DNA of 63,138 nucleotides, filler included, from Octopus bimaculoides (lineage: Eukaryota): NCBI RefSeq assembly GCF_001194135.2. It is 7 parts of 7 records of this genome, joined end to end, with 100 filler letters (N's around TTAATTAATTAA, not from the genome) between each part and the next. Parts side by side here need not be neighbours in the genome. Positions count along the whole stretch, not along the records: positions 61,098 to 63,138 come from NW_026393324.1; 6 more parts are not named here. One strand, given 5' to 3'. Numbering within the stretch: the stretch's first letter is position 1; the number at the start of each line of letters is the position of its first letter. The notes under the pieces are model-generated. The model ran no database searches. It worked only from the letters and a program-made list of their open reading frames with translations, and was not told where the DNA came from. The position numbers and the translations under genes were made by a program. Positions 61,681-63,138 of the stretch are shown piece after piece.

Positions 61681-62221
61681 NNNNNNNNNNNNNNNNNNNN
61701 NNNNNNNNNNNNNNNNNNNNNNNNNNNNNNNNNNNNNNNNNNNNNNNNNNNNNNNNNNNNNNNNNNNNNNNNNNNNNNNNNNNNNNNNNNNNNNNNNNNN
61801 NNNNNNNNNNNNNNNNNNNNNNNNNNNNNNNNNNNNNNNNNNNNNNNNNNNNNNNNNNNNNNNNNNNNNNNNNNNNNNNNNNNNNNNNNNNNNNNNNNNN
61901 NNNNNNNNNNNNNNNNNNNNNNNNNNNNNNNNNNNNNNNNNNNNNNNNNNNNNNNNNNNNNNNNNNNNNNNNNNNNNNNNNNNNNNNNNNNNNNNNNNNN
62001 NNNNNNNNNNNNNNNNNNNNNNNNNNNNNNNNNNNNNNNNNNNNNNNNNNNNNNNNNNNNNNNNNNNNNNNNNNNNNNNNNNNNNNNNNNNNNNNNNNNN
62101 NNNNNNNNNNNNNNNNNNNNNNNNNNNNNNNNNNNNNNNNNNNNNNNNNNNNNNNNNNNNNNNNNNGCTTTAAGGGTGTCACGAAAGGCCTGGTTGGAGG
62201 CCCAACCTTCTGAGTCATTTT

Positions 62222-62293
62222 TGATGATGATGATGATGATGATGATGACGACGATGATGATTACGACGACGAGGATGATGACGACGACGACGG

Positions 62294-62367
<74 letters not shown>

Positions 62368-62390
62368 GCGATAATGATGATGACGACGAT
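62222..62390. repeat. (GAT/GAC)n microsatellite
   Basis: direct. Confidence 0.9.
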
Positions 62391-62391
62391 G

Positions 62392-62521
62392 TTTCCATCT
62401 ACCACATCCAATCACAAGGTTTTGGTTGGTCAGAGGCTATAGTAAAAGACACTTGACCCAAGGAAGCATGCAGTGCGACGGAACCTGAAACCATGTCGTT
62501 GGGAATCAAGCTTCTTACCCC
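62392..62521 (-). mobile_element. SINE family A 5' half
   Basis: tttccatctaccacatccaatcacaagg..gctatagtaaaagacacttg..aagcttcttacc. Confidence 0.8.
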
Positions 62522-63090
62522 ATTCACTACGTGATGGGGTTCGAGGAAGATAGAGCTGCCGCTTCCTACAAGGTGCATTCCCCACCTTTAATTCAATCAC
62601 TAATTTGAATTCAACATAATCGAACTATTGATTTCTATATTTTTAATTTCATATGGCAAACAGGGAACAATGGAATCGTAGGTTTTCAAAAGACCCAACC
62701 ACTGGTTCACTGCATCTATTACGGCATCAATGCAACAACGGAAGAACGAGTATCACATGGTATTTCGGGTCGAAAGCACCGGTTTATGTTTTGTTTTCTT
62801 TCGTATTAATCTTTTTCCACGGCGATGCTTTATCGATATTGGGTAAAAATTAACACATTTTCAGGCGCACACAAAACACACACACACACACATACGCCAA
62901 TACACAAATACATACTCTCATACATACATACACACGAGAATTCATCGTTTTACAGATACATACATTCATATAAACACATACACATGCATATATATATATG
63001 TATATATATATATATAACGGAAAGTAAGAAAATGGAGATATAACATTCAATAAAATATTTATTTTCATTTATTATAAGAATAAAAATTTA

Positions 63091-63138
63091 GGCGCAGGAG
63101 TGGCTGTGTAGTAAGTAGCTTGCTTACCAGCCACATGG
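63091..63138 (+). mobile_element. SINE family A head, cut by the window end
   Basis: ggcgcaggagtggctgtgtagtaagtagcttgcttaccagccacatgg. Confidence 0.88.

Noticed and set aside
647-62442. Long ORFs (200-390 aa) in the supplied track
   Set aside because: They run through N gaps (poly-X) and have no real coding content.

Overview
Repeat-dominated eukaryotic genomic DNA, probably an octopus/coleoid cephalopod. This is inferred from the tRNA-derived SINE families and microsatellite load, not from a database search. About 8 kb (~13%) is N. Six identical 100-bp spacers (44N-TTAATTAATTAA-44N) split the window into seven assembly pieces whose adjacency is not guaranteed. No complete gene is visible: one well-formed 177-bp putative coding exon (minus, 28795-28971) and a weaker, phase-compatible upstream exon. 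The rest is three SINE families (about 30 copies or fragments, including a ~10-unit head-to-tail array and a chimera), decayed non-LTR retroelements (Penelope-like, R4/Dong-like, RTE, CR1-like, an unassigned LINE-like 3' end), hAT- and Tigger-like MITEs and many microsatellites. The most notable signals are three hammerhead-ribozyme (HHR) motifs on the minus strand. The first is an almost complete type I HHR with all three stems at 59071-59145. The second is a Penelope-type minimal HHR core inside a TSD-flanked perfect 75-bp hairpin at 49265-49479. The third is a decayed HHR at 49720-49766. An RTE remnant also ends in three C2H2 zinc fingers. Almost all long ORFs in the supplied track are artefacts of N runs or microsatellites. 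Family names come from recalled motifs and need Dfam/Repbase confirmation.
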